A stretch of 64,000 nucleotides of DNA, from the NCBI GenBank assembly GCA_012343875.1, contig GCA_012343875.1_3924.1. One strand, given 5' to 3'. A program made the position numbers and the translations under genes. This stretch comes from a phage. Numbering within the stretch: the first letter of the stretch is position 1; every line of letters starts with the position of its first letter. The notes under the pieces are model-generated. The model was not told where the DNA came from and searched no databases. It was given only the letters and a program-made list of their open reading frames with translations. Shown here one piece after another: positions 51,551 to 61,318 of this stretch.

Positions 51551-52134
51551 CAGTAAGTTTTAATTACAATAGTGATGGCTCTGTATCAATTAATTCACCA
51601 TATGCAAATGACCTACTTAAAGAGCTAGTCAATCAGTGTGAGAGAGGTCTTCACTATGTTCAAAATTCTTTTAAACAGAAGACTATCGCTAATAACTTGA
51701 TGCGTGTAACAGTGACGCCATCGAATCCAAATTATGACTTTGATAGTGAAAGTCCGTACTCATTAGTTGCGCTTGGAGAGAGCAGCCAATTCAAACTTGT
51801 TTGCCACGACTCAGAAACATTTCTTAAGGTATTTTCCAACCTTATCCATAATAATAAGTACAGCTACGTTGATGGCAGTGTAAACTTCTATCCAGCAAAC
51901 TATACATGTTTGTTGGTTGATAATATGAGAAAAAGTAAGCAAGAACCTACAGAAATTTCATTTGATGTGAACTCTAGTCCAGACGCAGAAACAAGTAAGA
52001 ACTTCGATATGAGTTACGCATTGTCACTTAGTAAGAAATCCGAGTTCATTGATTATGTCAATGGATTTGGTTTTAAGTTTGATGAGAGTATGAATCTTAA
52101 AAAACTTAAGAACCTACTTAAGACCAAAGCTTAA
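51544..52134 (+). CDS. hypothetical protein (196 aa)
   Basis: ORF track; followed by hairpin AGGGGC/GCCCCT at about 52147-52165. Confidence 0.45.
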   Translation: MLTVSFNYNSDGSVSINSPYANDLLKELVNQCERGLHYVQNSFKQKTIANNLMRVTVTPSNPNYDFDSESPYSLVALGESSQFKLVCHDSETFLKVFSNLIHNNKYSYVDGSVNFYPANYTCLLVDNMRKSKQEPTEISFDVNSSPDAETSKNFDMSYALSLSKKSEFIDYVNGFGFKFDESMNLKKLKNLLKTKA

Positions 52135-52181
52135 GTGTGAATAGGGGCTGATGCCCCTTTAACTATTTATAAGGATATTTA

Positions 52182-52553
52182 ATGAAAGCTAAGAGTGCAA
52201 AAGACTTTTATTGCTTCCTACAATCCTATGTCAATTCCGTGCAAAATGGTGAAAGGTACAGCCTTAATGATGTTATCCCAACACCTTTGACATGGAGACT
52301 CAGCAAATGGCCTGAAGAAGATATTACACCAACAATCGAACATCGTACCTACAAACCCGAAATCAATATTCCAGACTCTGAGAATCTATTATATCCAATG
52401 TTCCATATTGTTGGTCTTGGAAGATTCCTTATGGATATCCAGTATGTAATTGGTAAAGGTTATAAGGTTAAAGGTATTGTTGTTGGTGACGTATCTCCGC
52501 ATCACAAAGGTTATTTTAGACTAAACGCACATTTAGAGGCTAAAAAGAAATGA
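52182..52553 (+). CDS. hypothetical protein, paralog of the N-terminal domain of the following Ig-repeat protein
   Basis: Shares MKAK..DF..F, GKRY, WPE.DI, YKP, LLY, FMD(I/L)QY.I..GK.V and LNA.L with residues 1-120 of ORF 52550..53683. Confidence 0.5.
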   Translation: MKAKSAKDFYCFLQSYVNSVQNGERYSLNDVIPTPLTWRLSKWPEEDITPTIEHRTYKPEINIPDSENLLYPMFHIVGLGRFLMDIQYVIGKGYKVKGIVVGDVSPHHKGYFRLNAHLEAKKK

Positions 52554-53683
52554 TTAAAGCAAAGACTTACCCAGACTTCAAAGAGTTTGTGAAGGGCTTC
52601 ATTGCAAACGTAAAGGCTGGTAAGAGATATGATTTTAGAACATATCAAGAGGCTATTTTACCGCTTACCTACAGTTCGTATTGGCCTGAAGCTGATATTG
52701 CAGAAGTCGATGAGTTTGACTACAAACCAGACTACAAAGTTCCATTTAGTGATGAGTTGCTTTACAGCATTGGTGCTCAAATGAGAACTTCTGACTTCTT
52801 CATGGACTTACAATATGCAATTATCAATGGTAAAGACGTTGATACAGTTTATTGTGAATGGCTGGCAAGAGTTAAACCATTCTCAATGTTGAATGCTAAG
52901 TTGAAGGACGCTATCAAGCCACCATCAATCACTCAGCAACCAACCAATCAAACAGTAAATGAAGGTGGTACACTTACCCTAAGCGTTGTTGCAACTAATA
53001 CCACTGGATATCAATGGAAAAAGGATGGTGAGGATATCACTAGCGCCACATCTGCAACCTACACAAAACAGTCTGTAGAACCTTCTGATGCCGGTTCATA
53101 CACTTGTGTTGTATCTGGAGAGGCTGGGACAAGCGTTACCTCAGATGCGGCAACAGTTACTGTCAACGCACTGCCTGTGATTACACAGCAACCTTCTAGC
53201 CAGACCGTCAATGAGGGTGGAAACATCAACTTGGAAGTGACTGCAACAGGTGCAACAGGTTATCAGTGGAAGAAAGATGGCTCTGACATTCCTACGGCTA
53301 CAGATGCAACCTATAGTAAGTCTGGTGCTCTGCCAGCAGATGCAGGTTCATACACTTGCGTTGTAACAGGTGCAGGTGGTTCTGTCACTTCTAGCCCTGC
53401 AACCGTTACTGTGAAAGCTTTACCAGTTATCACTCAACAGCCAACCAATCAAGAAATCACTGAAGGTGAGACCTTAACGCTGAATGTTGTGGCAACAGGT
53501 GCGACAGGTTACCAATGGAAGAAAGGTGAGGAAGACATCCTCGATGCAACTACTGCAACTTACACCAAAGAAGGTGCAACCGCTGCTGATGCAGGAAGCT
53601 ACACCTGTGTAGTTACTGGTGCAGGTGGCTCTGTAACATCCAATGCAGCAACAGTTACAGTTAACCCAGCAGGGGAGGCGTAA
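52550..53683 (+). CDS. protein with three tandem Ig-like domains
   Basis: Three about 80-aa repeats of ITQQP..Q.V.EG..L.L.V.AT...GYQWKKDG.DI..AT.ATY.K......DAGSYTCVV.G..GSVTS..ATVTV; N-terminal domain paralogous to the upstream ORF. Confidence 0.6.
   Translation: MIKAKTYPDFKEFVKGFIANVKAGKRYDFRTYQEAILPLTYSSYWPEADIAEVDEFDYKPDYKVPFSDELLYSIGAQMRTSDFFMDLQYAIINGKDVDTVYCEWLARVKPFSMLNAKLKDAIKPPSITQQPTNQTVNEGGTLTLSVVATNTTGYQWKKDGEDITSATSATYTKQSVEPSDAGSYTCVVSGEAGTSVTSDAATVTVNALPVITQQPSSQTVNEGGNINLEVTATGATGYQWKKDGSDIPTATDATYSKSGALPADAGSYTCVVTGAGGSVTSSPATVTVKALPVITQQPTNQEITEGETLTLNVVATGATGYQWKKGEEDILDATTATYTKEGATAADAGSYTCVVTGAGGSVTSNAATVTVNPAGEA
52919..53640 (+). repeat. intragenic tandem repeat (3 x about 240 bp) encoding the Ig-like domains
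   Basis: Near-identical DNA blocks beginning about 52919, 53161 and 53401. Confidence 0.7.
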
Positions 53684-54147
53684 TGCAACTCTCAAGAAAA
53701 GGTTTAGACGCTATTAAGTTCTTCGAAGGTCTGGAGTTAGAGGCTTACGAAGACTCTGCCGGAATCCCAACAATCGGGTATGGTACAATTCGTATTGACG
53801 GAAAACCTGTTAAGATGGGTATGAAAATTACTGCTGAACAAGCTGAACAGTATCTTCTCGCGGATGTTGAGAAGTTTGTTGCAGCAGTGAACAAAGCTAT
53901 CAAGGTTCCAACTACTCAGAATGAGTTCGATGCACTTGTAAGTGAAACATACAACATCGGTATCACAGCTATGCAGGACTCAACATTTATCAAGCGCCAC
54001 AACGCTGGTAATAAGGGAGGTTGTGCAGAAGCTATGCAGTGGTGGAACAAGGTTACAGTCAAAGGTAAGAAGGTCACTTCAAACGGACTGAAAAACAGAC
54101 GTAGAATGGAAGCTGACATTTATCTTGACAGTGTATACCCAAAGTAA
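53683..54147 (+). CDS. endolysin, T4-type lysozyme (GH24)
   Basis: FEGLELEAYEDSAGIPTIGYGT contains the catalytic Glu/Asp/Thr arrangement of T4 lysozyme-like muramidases; 154 aa. Confidence 0.85.
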   Translation: MQLSRKGLDAIKFFEGLELEAYEDSAGIPTIGYGTIRIDGKPVKMGMKITAEQAEQYLLADVEKFVAAVNKAIKVPTTQNEFDALVSETYNIGITAMQDSTFIKRHNAGNKGGCAEAMQWWNKVTVKGKKVTSNGLKNRRRMEADIYLDSVYPK

Positions 54148-54157
54148 TATCTTCATA

Positions 54158-54184
54158 GGCTCCTTCGGGAGCCTTTTTTATTTT
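54158..54184 (+). terminator. intrinsic terminator after endolysin gene
   Basis: Stem GGCTCC/GGAGCC with TTCG loop followed by TTTTTTATTTT. Confidence 0.75.
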
Positions 54185-54198
54185 CTAAGGAGAAAACT

Positions 54199-54597
54199 AT
54201 GAAACTTTGGGCTAGTGACTTTGGAACTTTTAAATACACTCGTAATGGTTCGCTTGTACGCATCATTGGAAACAATGTAGTTTCAAGAGGCGACAAGGTG
54301 TATACACGGTTTACTGTAGAGCTTGTTGAACTGTCACCTATTGAGTCTGTGAGCAATGGTATGTTCAAGTTTGAGACTTACAATGTCAATGAGCATGGAC
54401 AATTCAATCCTCTTGGTGAAAGTGGACTTGATATTATTTCAGAGCACCCATTGACAAAAGAGCAACTTGCAGGTTACTATAAAACTGTTCTGGAAAGGCA
54501 GTTAGCAACACATGAACAAGAAGCTAACTACCATTTACAGCATTGCGAAACTTTAAGAGCAAAAATCGAACAAGCAGAGAGAGGTTTTTATGAATAA
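54199..54597 (+). CDS. hypothetical protein (132 aa)
   Basis: ORF track; AAGGAGA upstream. Confidence 0.45.
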   Translation: MKLWASDFGTFKYTRNGSLVRIIGNNVVSRGDKVYTRFTVELVELSPIESVSNGMFKFETYNVNEHGQFNPLGESGLDIISEHPLTKEQLAGYYKTVLERQLATHEQEANYHLQHCETLRAKIEQAERGFYE

Positions 54598-54985
54598 TAA
54601 CAGTCATATCCACGTTAAAGTTGATGTCAGTCGTTACAGCGAAAATGAGGAACTAGACCTGCAAGATGCTCTTCTATTTGAGAAGAATGGCAATCTTCAT
54701 TTGCATTTTGAAGGTACAAATACGTACCTCCACAGATGCCGAGATGATGCAGACGGTTGTCCTGTTTTTGCTTGGCATAATTTAGAGTTTCCTCTTTACG
54801 CCATCCATTATCCAGATGGTGGGGAGGATTGGACAACCCAATCAATCCGCGATGAGCTTAATGGCATTCCAGTTGAGCAAGAAGAGCAAGAACCTGTTGA
54901 ACTCACCTTCACTTTTATCAAAGAAGAGAAAGTAGGTGACTTGTCAGTAACTGAAGCAATTCAAGTCTCACAGGTTATTCGTTAA
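54590..54985 (+). CDS. hypothetical protein (131 aa)
   Basis: ORF track; overlapping start/stop. Confidence 0.45.
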   Translation: MNNNSHIHVKVDVSRYSENEELDLQDALLFEKNGNLHLHFEGTNTYLHRCRDDADGCPVFAWHNLEFPLYAIHYPDGGEDWTTQSIRDELNGIPVEQEEQEPVELTFTFIKEEKVGDLSVTEAIQVSQVIR

Positions 54986-55278
54986 TGAGTAAAGTACAGG
55001 TTGTTTTCCCTATTTGTGACTTCTCACTAGAGCGTGAACTTGACCTGTACGAAGAAATTACTGACGAAATTATCTGGTCTGTTGTAGAAGAGGCTATCAA
55101 GAAGCTGTATGGTGGCCTCTTAAATCCATCAAGTAAGAAGTTAAGCACTAAGCAAGTAGCTGACCCATATATTTCATACGATGCCTACAACAAACCTTTT
55201 GAAAATACCTGCTTTGACCTTATGGTAGGTAATAACAAAGTCAACTATTTCTTCGTCAGAGAGTTTAACGATGAGTAA
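54985..55278 (+). CDS. hypothetical protein (97 aa)
   Basis: ORF track. Confidence 0.45.
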   Translation: MSKVQVVFPICDFSLERELDLYEEITDEIIWSVVEEAIKKLYGGLLNPSSKKLSTKQVADPYISYDAYNKPFENTCFDLMVGNNKVNYFFVREFNDE

Positions 55279-55615
55279 GCTCCATGTCACAGTGTACAAA
55301 AACTTCTCAGATATTAAAGAGTCTTTAACAAATAAGCTTGACTTACAACGTAAAAGACTCTTTTTAATGTATGACATTGACAACTACAACCATCCTAAAG
55401 AGTTTAACTACAAAGATGGCACAAAGGTTATTGAATTTGAAGATTCTGTAACGGTGTATGTCAAGTATGACTTACCAGCAAAGTACATAGGGATGTTGGA
55501 GTACTATATATTCAAACATACTGGTATGCGTGGTGAGTCTGTTAAGATATCTTCTATAGAAGTTTTTGAGAAACCTAACACACAACTTAAAAAGTATTTA
55601 ATGAGGAAACTGTAA
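55271..55615 (+). CDS. hypothetical protein (114 aa)
   Basis: ORF track. Confidence 0.45.
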   Translation: MSKLHVTVYKNFSDIKESLTNKLDLQRKRLFLMYDIDNYNHPKEFNYKDGTKVIEFEDSVTVYVKYDLPAKYIGMLEYYIFKHTGMRGESVKISSIEVFEKPNTQLKKYLMRKL

Positions 55616-56196
55616 TGTCAGAAGAACATGAGCATATCCAACCAGAAGTTACATTAGTAAAACATTTCGGAAATGTAGAAGGCTGTGTAGCACTTTTTCA
55701 GACTAACATCAATTCTCCAGTCAAACTGTGCAAATTGACGATAAACACCAACAATATCAGTGTATGTGTGAATGAAGAAGTCCAGTACTTCAAATTCAAT
55801 GATAAAGAGGTTGATGCTGCACTATTAAAGTACAGAGCAAATCTTGAAAAAGATATTGACCATAAAGAGGTTGTGAGTCTCTTTGCAGACCTTCATAAGC
55901 TTCTTGACAAGGTTGAAAAAAGAACATACTACATGAATAATGGTTCTATCATTACCACTATGATTTCACCATGTATCTCTGAGCCAATCTTCACGGATGA
56001 TGGTGCTTACTACATTGTAGCTTCGGCAGTGTCTGATTGGTGGTTAAAGAACAATGCCCTGAAAACAGTGATTGAGGCTATCAGAGAACACATCCCTACA
56101 TTTAGCCCGTGGAAAGGCAAAGGTGATGAATTTATCGCACTACTGAGTGAGGAAAGTAACAAGCGTAGTGCATTACTGCCTAAAAAATACTCTTGA
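55615..56196 (+). CDS. hypothetical protein (193 aa)
   Basis: ORF track. Confidence 0.45.
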   Translation: MSEEHEHIQPEVTLVKHFGNVEGCVALFQTNINSPVKLCKLTINTNNISVCVNEEVQYFKFNDKEVDAALLKYRANLEKDIDHKEVVSLFADLHKLLDKVEKRTYYMNNGSIITTMISPCISEPIFTDDGAYYIVASAVSDWWLKNNALKTVIEAIREHIPTFSPWKGKGDEFIALLSEESNKRSALLPKKYS

Positions 56197-56268
56197 CTGA
56201 GTATACAACATTAATTATGATGGGAGCTATCGAGAGGTAGTTCCCTTTTTAGTTTCTGGAGAATAGAT

Positions 56269-56814
56269 ATGGCTACAGTGAAAGAAAAAGATAAAATAAT
56301 TTTGTACGTTAAACAGAATCCGTCAAAGAGTGTTGAGGCTGTTGTAACACATATCTCACACAACGGTATTGTTTATTTCAGGCCACTGAAGAACTTAGAT
56401 TTTGACATGACACCAAACCACACATTTAGTACTTCTGCAAGGCTGTGTGCAGGGACTGTATACTCAACTGCTGAGATTGAGTCTTTATCTTTCACAGGTG
56501 CTTACAAGAACTTTATAGGGATTGCTCTAAAGGACTCTGAAGAATCTTTTAAATTTTTCATGGAGACTAATAAAGGTTGCTACGCACATGTTATGCCAGT
56601 CTATAAGAAAGTTGACACAGAACTTACCAGTAAGTGCGAGGAGATTAGTAGTGACCTGAAGGAGCGCAAAACAGCTATTCAGAATGCCATTCACATCATT
56701 GAGAGGAACCATTTAGAAGTTCTTTTCAGAGATATGCTAAAAGCAGGGTTTACTCCAAACGAAATTACAAGAGAAACACAACGTCAGTTCAGAAATGCTA
56801 TGGTGAAAGAATGA
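56269..56814 (+). CDS. hypothetical protein (181 aa)
   Basis: ORF track. Confidence 0.45.
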   Translation: MATVKEKDKIILYVKQNPSKSVEAVVTHISHNGIVYFRPLKNLDFDMTPNHTFSTSARLCAGTVYSTAEIESLSFTGAYKNFIGIALKDSEESFKFFMETNKGCYAHVMPVYKKVDTELTSKCEEISSDLKERKTAIQNAIHIIERNHLEVLFRDMLKAGFTPNEITRETQRQFRNAMVKE

Positions 56815-57029
56815 AAAAACTAACTACAGTTGAAGATTACTACAAACTGTCCTTGTTAGAACAGTATCGCAGAAGCCAGAATATCAGAAAATGCTATGGT
56901 AAACATGCTGAAGGTGACTTTTACCATTGTTACGATGCAGATTTAAAAGGTGTAACACCTAGAGGGAAAGTCCTGCAAAGATTTGTTGACCTTGAATGGA
57001 ACAAACGATTGAGAGGGGTTGGAAAATGA
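56811..57029 (+). CDS. hypothetical protein (72 aa)
   Basis: ORF track. Confidence 0.4.
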   Translation: MKKLTTVEDYYKLSLLEQYRRSQNIRKCYGKHAEGDFYHCYDADLKGVTPRGKVLQRFVDLEWNKRLRGVGK

Positions 57030-57529
57030 TTTTTGAAGAGAGATATAAGATAGATTACCAGGATACTCGTCATCATACTTCTTTAAGAGTAACCAAACCA
57101 AATGGAGATACTGGTATCATAGCACATTTTGGTGGTGATTATTGGTATGGTACAGGTTGCTTTGAAGGCTACAATCAAGAATACTTGAAAGCTTTCTACA
57201 GAGACTTTACAAATGACTACAACAGGGTTGTTGAAGAGAAGAATAAGTGCATTAAGCATGAATACCACGCCAGAGGTTGTCTGAATATTGTTATGATACT
57301 GGTTTTCTTCTTAGCAACATTGCTAGCCGTATCAGCAATCAGCTACATAGCTCAAGACTTGACCATTACACAGATTACTGCAAAGTTACATGATATCTGG
57401 TACTTGTATACTGTTCCTTTAGCTGGTATTATCATCTCACTAATGAGATTCAGGGTTCATAAGAAACGACTTAAGGATTCTGAGGTTAAACTTGAAGAGG
57501 TAAGTAAAGAATGCAACCTACAATTATAG
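57026..57529 (+). CDS. hypothetical membrane protein (about 167 aa)
   Basis: Start taken at ATG 57026 (ATGA overlap, GAGAGGGG upstream); transmembrane-like LNIVMILVFFLATLLAVSAISYIA. Confidence 0.4.
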   Translation: MIFEERYKIDYQDTRHHTSLRVTKPNGDTGIIAHFGGDYWYGTGCFEGYNQEYLKAFYRDFTNDYNRVVEEKNKCIKHEYHARGCLNIVMILVFFLATLLAVSAISYIAQDLTITQITAKLHDIWYLYTVPLAGIIISLMRFRVHKKRLKDSEVKLEEVSKECNLQL

Positions 57530-57605
57530 CTGTGTGTGTTCGTTTTGCAATCGCTGAAATGATTAACAAGGCAATCTTAAAAGATGCCTATGGAGAGACT
57601 AAGTA

Positions 57606-57830
57606 ATGATTAAGACACCTGTACCAATTTTTGGATTTCCTTCTATAGAAGAGTTTAAAGTTTATCTTGACAAAAACTTCTACAACGAGCAGCCTGTTAC
57701 TTTGCTGAAGAGTGACTTATCAGAGCTTCTTGATATGGTTATCAAGGCAACTCCTGAGAAGGAACCTGAGCAGAAAGCTGAGAAGAAGACTAGTAAGAAA
57801 TCCGATAAGAAGACTGAAAAGTCTGAGTAA
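57606..57830 (+). CDS. hypothetical protein with Lys/Glu-rich C-terminus (74 aa)
   Basis: ORF track. Confidence 0.4.
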   Translation: MIKTPVPIFGFPSIEEFKVYLDKNFYNEQPVTLLKSDLSELLDMVIKATPEKEPEQKAEKKTSKKSDKKTEKSE

Positions 57831-57883
57831 TAACTTAGGGGTTACTTGATAGCCCCTTTGTAGAAACTTAGAAGGTAGCGAAT

Positions 57884-58312
57884 ATGCAAATCATAGCTGG
57901 TCAAGAACTTGACATCATAGATGCAAAAACACAGGAGTACATCGCAACAGTGAAGGTTATAGGAGTCAGGGAGTGGAATACTGAATACCCAATTCAATGC
58001 CTTGTGCTGGAGAAGTTTAAAGCTAATGGTGTACACTTTTACCACGGTGACTACATCAGCTTTAACAAAGACGGTTATTGGCAAGGTAAGAACCATCCTC
58101 AAGCAAATAAGTTTGATATGCGTCTAGTGATACCACAAAAAGGTAAATCACAAAATGTAAAAGATATCCTTGTAGAAGCCTATGAAGAGGGTATAATAGA
58201 TATTGTGCATGATGTTGAAAAAGCTTTAAAGCTTGTTATGCCACATTTAGAGTCTGGAAAGCTGACTTTAGAGATGCTTAATAGGGTTATTCGGAGAGCT
58301 TATGAAAATTAA
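57884..58312 (+). CDS. hypothetical protein (142 aa)
   Basis: ORF track. Confidence 0.45.
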   Translation: MQIIAGQELDIIDAKTQEYIATVKVIGVREWNTEYPIQCLVLEKFKANGVHFYHGDYISFNKDGYWQGKNHPQANKFDMRLVIPQKGKSQNVKDILVEAYEEGIIDIVHDVEKALKLVMPHLESGKLTLEMLNRVIRRAYEN

Positions 58313-58766
58313 AGAAACAGTTCGAAAAGCAATGCTTACCAATTCAACTAAAGATGAAATGTACAAAGAAATCTGTGATGAGTTGAATTGCTCAAGACAT
58401 GCTGCTAAGGTTCTTGTACATTGTTTTATCTGGGAATGTTCAGAAGCATATATGAAACACGTAGCTTTTGAAAGTTCTAACTTACTAGGTGATGTAGAAG
58501 CTAGTGAGAAGCTAAAAGAACCTGAAGTGAAAACAGTCCCTAAAGTTGGTAATACATACCCTCTTAAAGACTTCAAGACTGGAAAGATTGTTGCAAAAGG
58601 TGTAGTAGAATCTGTTTATCATGATGGTAAATACTTACTTAAAATATTCGAGTATGACAGCCACTATACGCACTTATGTGGGATTACATTCTTAGTAACA
58701 GAAGAAGACCTTATTAGGAACAATAGCAACAAGTTTGCAGTACCAGCTTACCAAGTTTTACGATAA
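58302..58766 (+). CDS. hypothetical protein (154 aa)
   Basis: ORF track. Confidence 0.45.
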   Translation: MKIKETVRKAMLTNSTKDEMYKEICDELNCSRHAAKVLVHCFIWECSEAYMKHVAFESSNLLGDVEASEKLKEPEVKTVPKVGNTYPLKDFKTGKIVAKGVVESVYHDGKYLLKIFEYDSHYTHLCGITFLVTEEDLIRNNSNKFAVPAYQVLR

Positions 58767-58779
58767 CGGTGTGATAGAT

Positions 58780-59328
58780 ATGGAAAAAGATAACTTAAAA
58801 GAAGTTGAAGGTAACTACCTAGTCCTTGATTGGAGTGATGTTCGGGAAGCACTCTCCGAAGAAAATCTTGACTGGTTCGAACAAATTATCTTTGCAGTAC
58901 GGCATAACAGAGAAGTTGAAAATGGTAAAGAGCCACTTGAAGGAATCTTTGTAGAGAAGTCTTATCCGTTCTATGAAGACACTTTACAGAAAGTTAAGAT
59001 GTACTTTAGACAGAAGAACCGTAAAGTGGTCACTATGGTATCTCTTGGTGGACAGAATATGTCTGTGATGGAAGATATTAATCCTAAGAGACCGAGTAAA
59101 GGTATCTGTATAAAAATCACAGGACATGAAGAGTATATCTCAGTGGATGACTTTAGTGCATTCTGTAATGGCTCTTGTGTCTTTAATGGTTTTCACTATG
59201 ATATCCGAGTGTACCCAATCAAGGGAGATGATATCATGATGCAGGTATTTGATAACAACAACGGCTTTACTCATTTTTATCAGACAACCAAGTCATCACT
59301 AAAAACAGTTCTGGAAACACTGATTTAA
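58780..59328 (+). CDS. hypothetical protein (about 182 aa)
   Basis: Track ORF 58735..59328 appears to start at a non-ATG codon; first in-frame ATG at about 58780. Confidence 0.4.
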   Translation: MEKDNLKEVEGNYLVLDWSDVREALSEENLDWFEQIIFAVRHNREVENGKEPLEGIFVEKSYPFYEDTLQKVKMYFRQKNRKVVTMVSLGGQNMSVMEDINPKRPSKGICIKITGHEEYISVDDFSAFCNGSCVFNGFHYDIRVYPIKGDDIMMQVFDNNNGFTHFYQTTKSSLKTVLETLI

Positions 59329-59340
59329 AAATATCTTAAG

Positions 59341-59372
59341 AGCCTCCTTAATTGGGGGCTTTTTAATTTTTT
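59341..59372 (+). terminator. intrinsic terminator at end of plus-strand operon
   Basis: Stem AGCCTCC/GGGGGCT followed by TTTTTAATTTTTT. Confidence 0.65.
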
Positions 59373-59375
59373 ATA

Positions 59376-60917
59376 AAATTTTATCGGTTGTCCCAACCTC
59401 TGGGTCACCATCATATGTGAATAAAATATCTACCCTTCTTAACAACCTTCTTAATCTTACTCTCTATATATATAGTTATATAGTACTATATAGTATCTTA
59501 GTAACTCTCTAGTGGTCTTAATAGCCCCTCTGTATAACCCTTCTAACAAGCCCTCTAACAAGCCTTCTAAACAACCTATACAATCACCTTAACCATATCT
59601 CTACACCCTCTTAGAAGCTCCTATACACCTCTTAATCTCTATGTTAGCTATGACACTCTCTATAGGTGTTCACTAGGTATTACTAAGCCTCTATATAGAC
59701 TGTTTTAACAAACTTAACAGGAACATCTTTACAGACCTTATCTCACAAGGTCTAACACGGCACTAACAAGGTATCTTATAATCCTGTTTCTACCTGTATT
59801 TTTAAAAGACTGTATAGGTAATTATTCAGAATTTTAAAATTTTTATAAAATAGGACTATCAAGTCATTTTTTAGGGTCTTTGAAGGAACTCAAAAATATC
59901 TGTAGAAGATGTATATCTGCTTGGTAGCCCTTAACAGCTCCCTTACAAGTACTTTGCAAAATTTTAAAATATCCTTAACAATCTCTTAACAGTTCTCACA
60001 TCTTCTTAACAACTCTTCAAAGGTCTTAACAGTTTCTTAACAGAACTAACAAGGCTGTAACAGTTTTCTAACAAGTGCTGAATAGGCTTTACAGAATCTT
60101 AACAGATGACTAACAAGAGCTAACAAGTTAATTTTAAAGAGTTATTTTGTTAAGATAATTAACAAGTTTCTAACAAGTGTTTAATCTTTTTAACAAGCTA
60201 TTAACATGGTCACTATCTCTTTTCTTATCGTTCCCTTCCTTTCTTAGTGATTCTCTAAATATCCCTCTTAAAAGCTCTCTATAGCTCCTTGTAAGCTCTT
60301 TTAAGTCTCTTCCTAGTAATTACACCCCAACTGTATAGATACCTCTTTATAGGGCTTTACAGGAGCTTTTAAGGCTATGCCAAAGACTCTTACAAGGCTT
60401 TTACGTGGTCTTAACAGAGATTTAACAATGGGCTAACAAGTCTCTAACAAGTGCCTTAAAAGCATAACTATGTAGGGTTTGTTAAGAAATTGTTAAGAAA
60501 ATGTTAAGGGGGCTAGCATTTACGTAACTTTTAAGCTATCTATCACGTAACTTTGAAGTAACTTTATAGCCCCCTATAACATACTTTTTAGTGACTATCA
60601 AGGGGATTGTTTAGTTATTCACAAGATACTAGCCAACCTATTAGCTTATACCCTTATAAGATTCTTTTAAGCCTCTATAAAGCCCTGTAAAGAGCTTTTA
60701 AGGGTGAGTTAATGCAATCCCTTAAGTTAGATTGATAAGGCTGTTATAGCGCTTTATAGAGCGTTTAAATGGGCCATCCCCTTTCTGGGGTTATTGGCTT
60801 ATATTTAAGTTGATTTGATAAAAGGCTATAGAGTAGACTATAGAGTTATTGCTTTTAAGGTCTGATAAGATTCTGAAAAGGTGAGGAAAGGGATTGTATA
60901 AGGATTGGATAGACGTA
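59376..60917. repeat. ORF-free repeat-dense region with phased YTAACAR heptamers
   Basis: No ORF of 60 aa or more in any frame; about 25 copies of YTAACAR, many 10-11 bp apart (59977-60210, 60410-60450); CTTTTAAG and GTAACTTT repeats; palindromes at 59465-59493. Confidence 0.8.
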
Positions 60918-60940
60918 AAAAAGCCCCTGTGAGGGGCTGT
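60918..60940 (-). terminator. intrinsic terminator at end of minus-strand small-gene array
   Basis: Stem GCCCC/GGGGC (loop TGTGA) followed on minus strand by U-run. Confidence 0.65.
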
Positions 60941-60978
60941 ATAAAGGTATCTGGGGCTATTTAGCCCCGTTGCGGCGT

Positions 60979-61227
60979 TTAGTTAGTGCCTTCTTTGTCG
61001 TAGTACAGGGAGACAATTTTTTCACCCCAATAGTGATAAGAATAACCCTCTTTAAGAACTTCCTGTTTTGTTTCTTTCCAGAACTCATCAGAAGGGTTAT
61101 AGTCTTTGATGGTCTGACAGATAAGACCTTTCACCATCTCAAAGGCGTTATCAGTGCCTACAAGGTCAAATTTAACATCCAGAGAGCAAAAGCCGAATTC
61201 GTTAACAGTTGCGCGGATAGTAGCCAT
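60979..61227 (-). CDS. hypothetical protein (82 aa)
   Basis: ORF track; preceded by conserved leader cassette. Confidence 0.5.
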   Translation of the reverse strand: MATIRATVNEFGFCSLDVKFDLVGTDNAFEMVKGLICQTIKDYNPSDEFWKETKQEVLKEGYSYHYWGEKIVSLYYDKEGTN

Positions 61228-61318
61228 TTTAGAATCTCCTAGTTTAAGGTTTTATTTAGTAGGGAGGCCATCCCTCCCCGTTGATTAGTAATTTACTGCA
61301 TGTTGGCGTATGTTGCAA
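61228..61318 (-). promoter_or_regulatory. repeated leader cassette 1: promoter-like TTGCAA-17-TAAATT, GC hairpin, SD
   Basis: On minus strand: TTGCAA (61313-61318), 17 nt, TAAATT (61290-61295), hairpin GGGAGG/CCTCCC, then GGAG before ATG. Confidence 0.5.

Noticed and set aside
59376-60917. CRISPR array in the repeat-dense ORF-free region
   Set aside because: Repeats are only 7-8 bp, irregularly spaced and degenerate, with no 25-40 bp repeat-spacer periodicity and no cas genes nearby.
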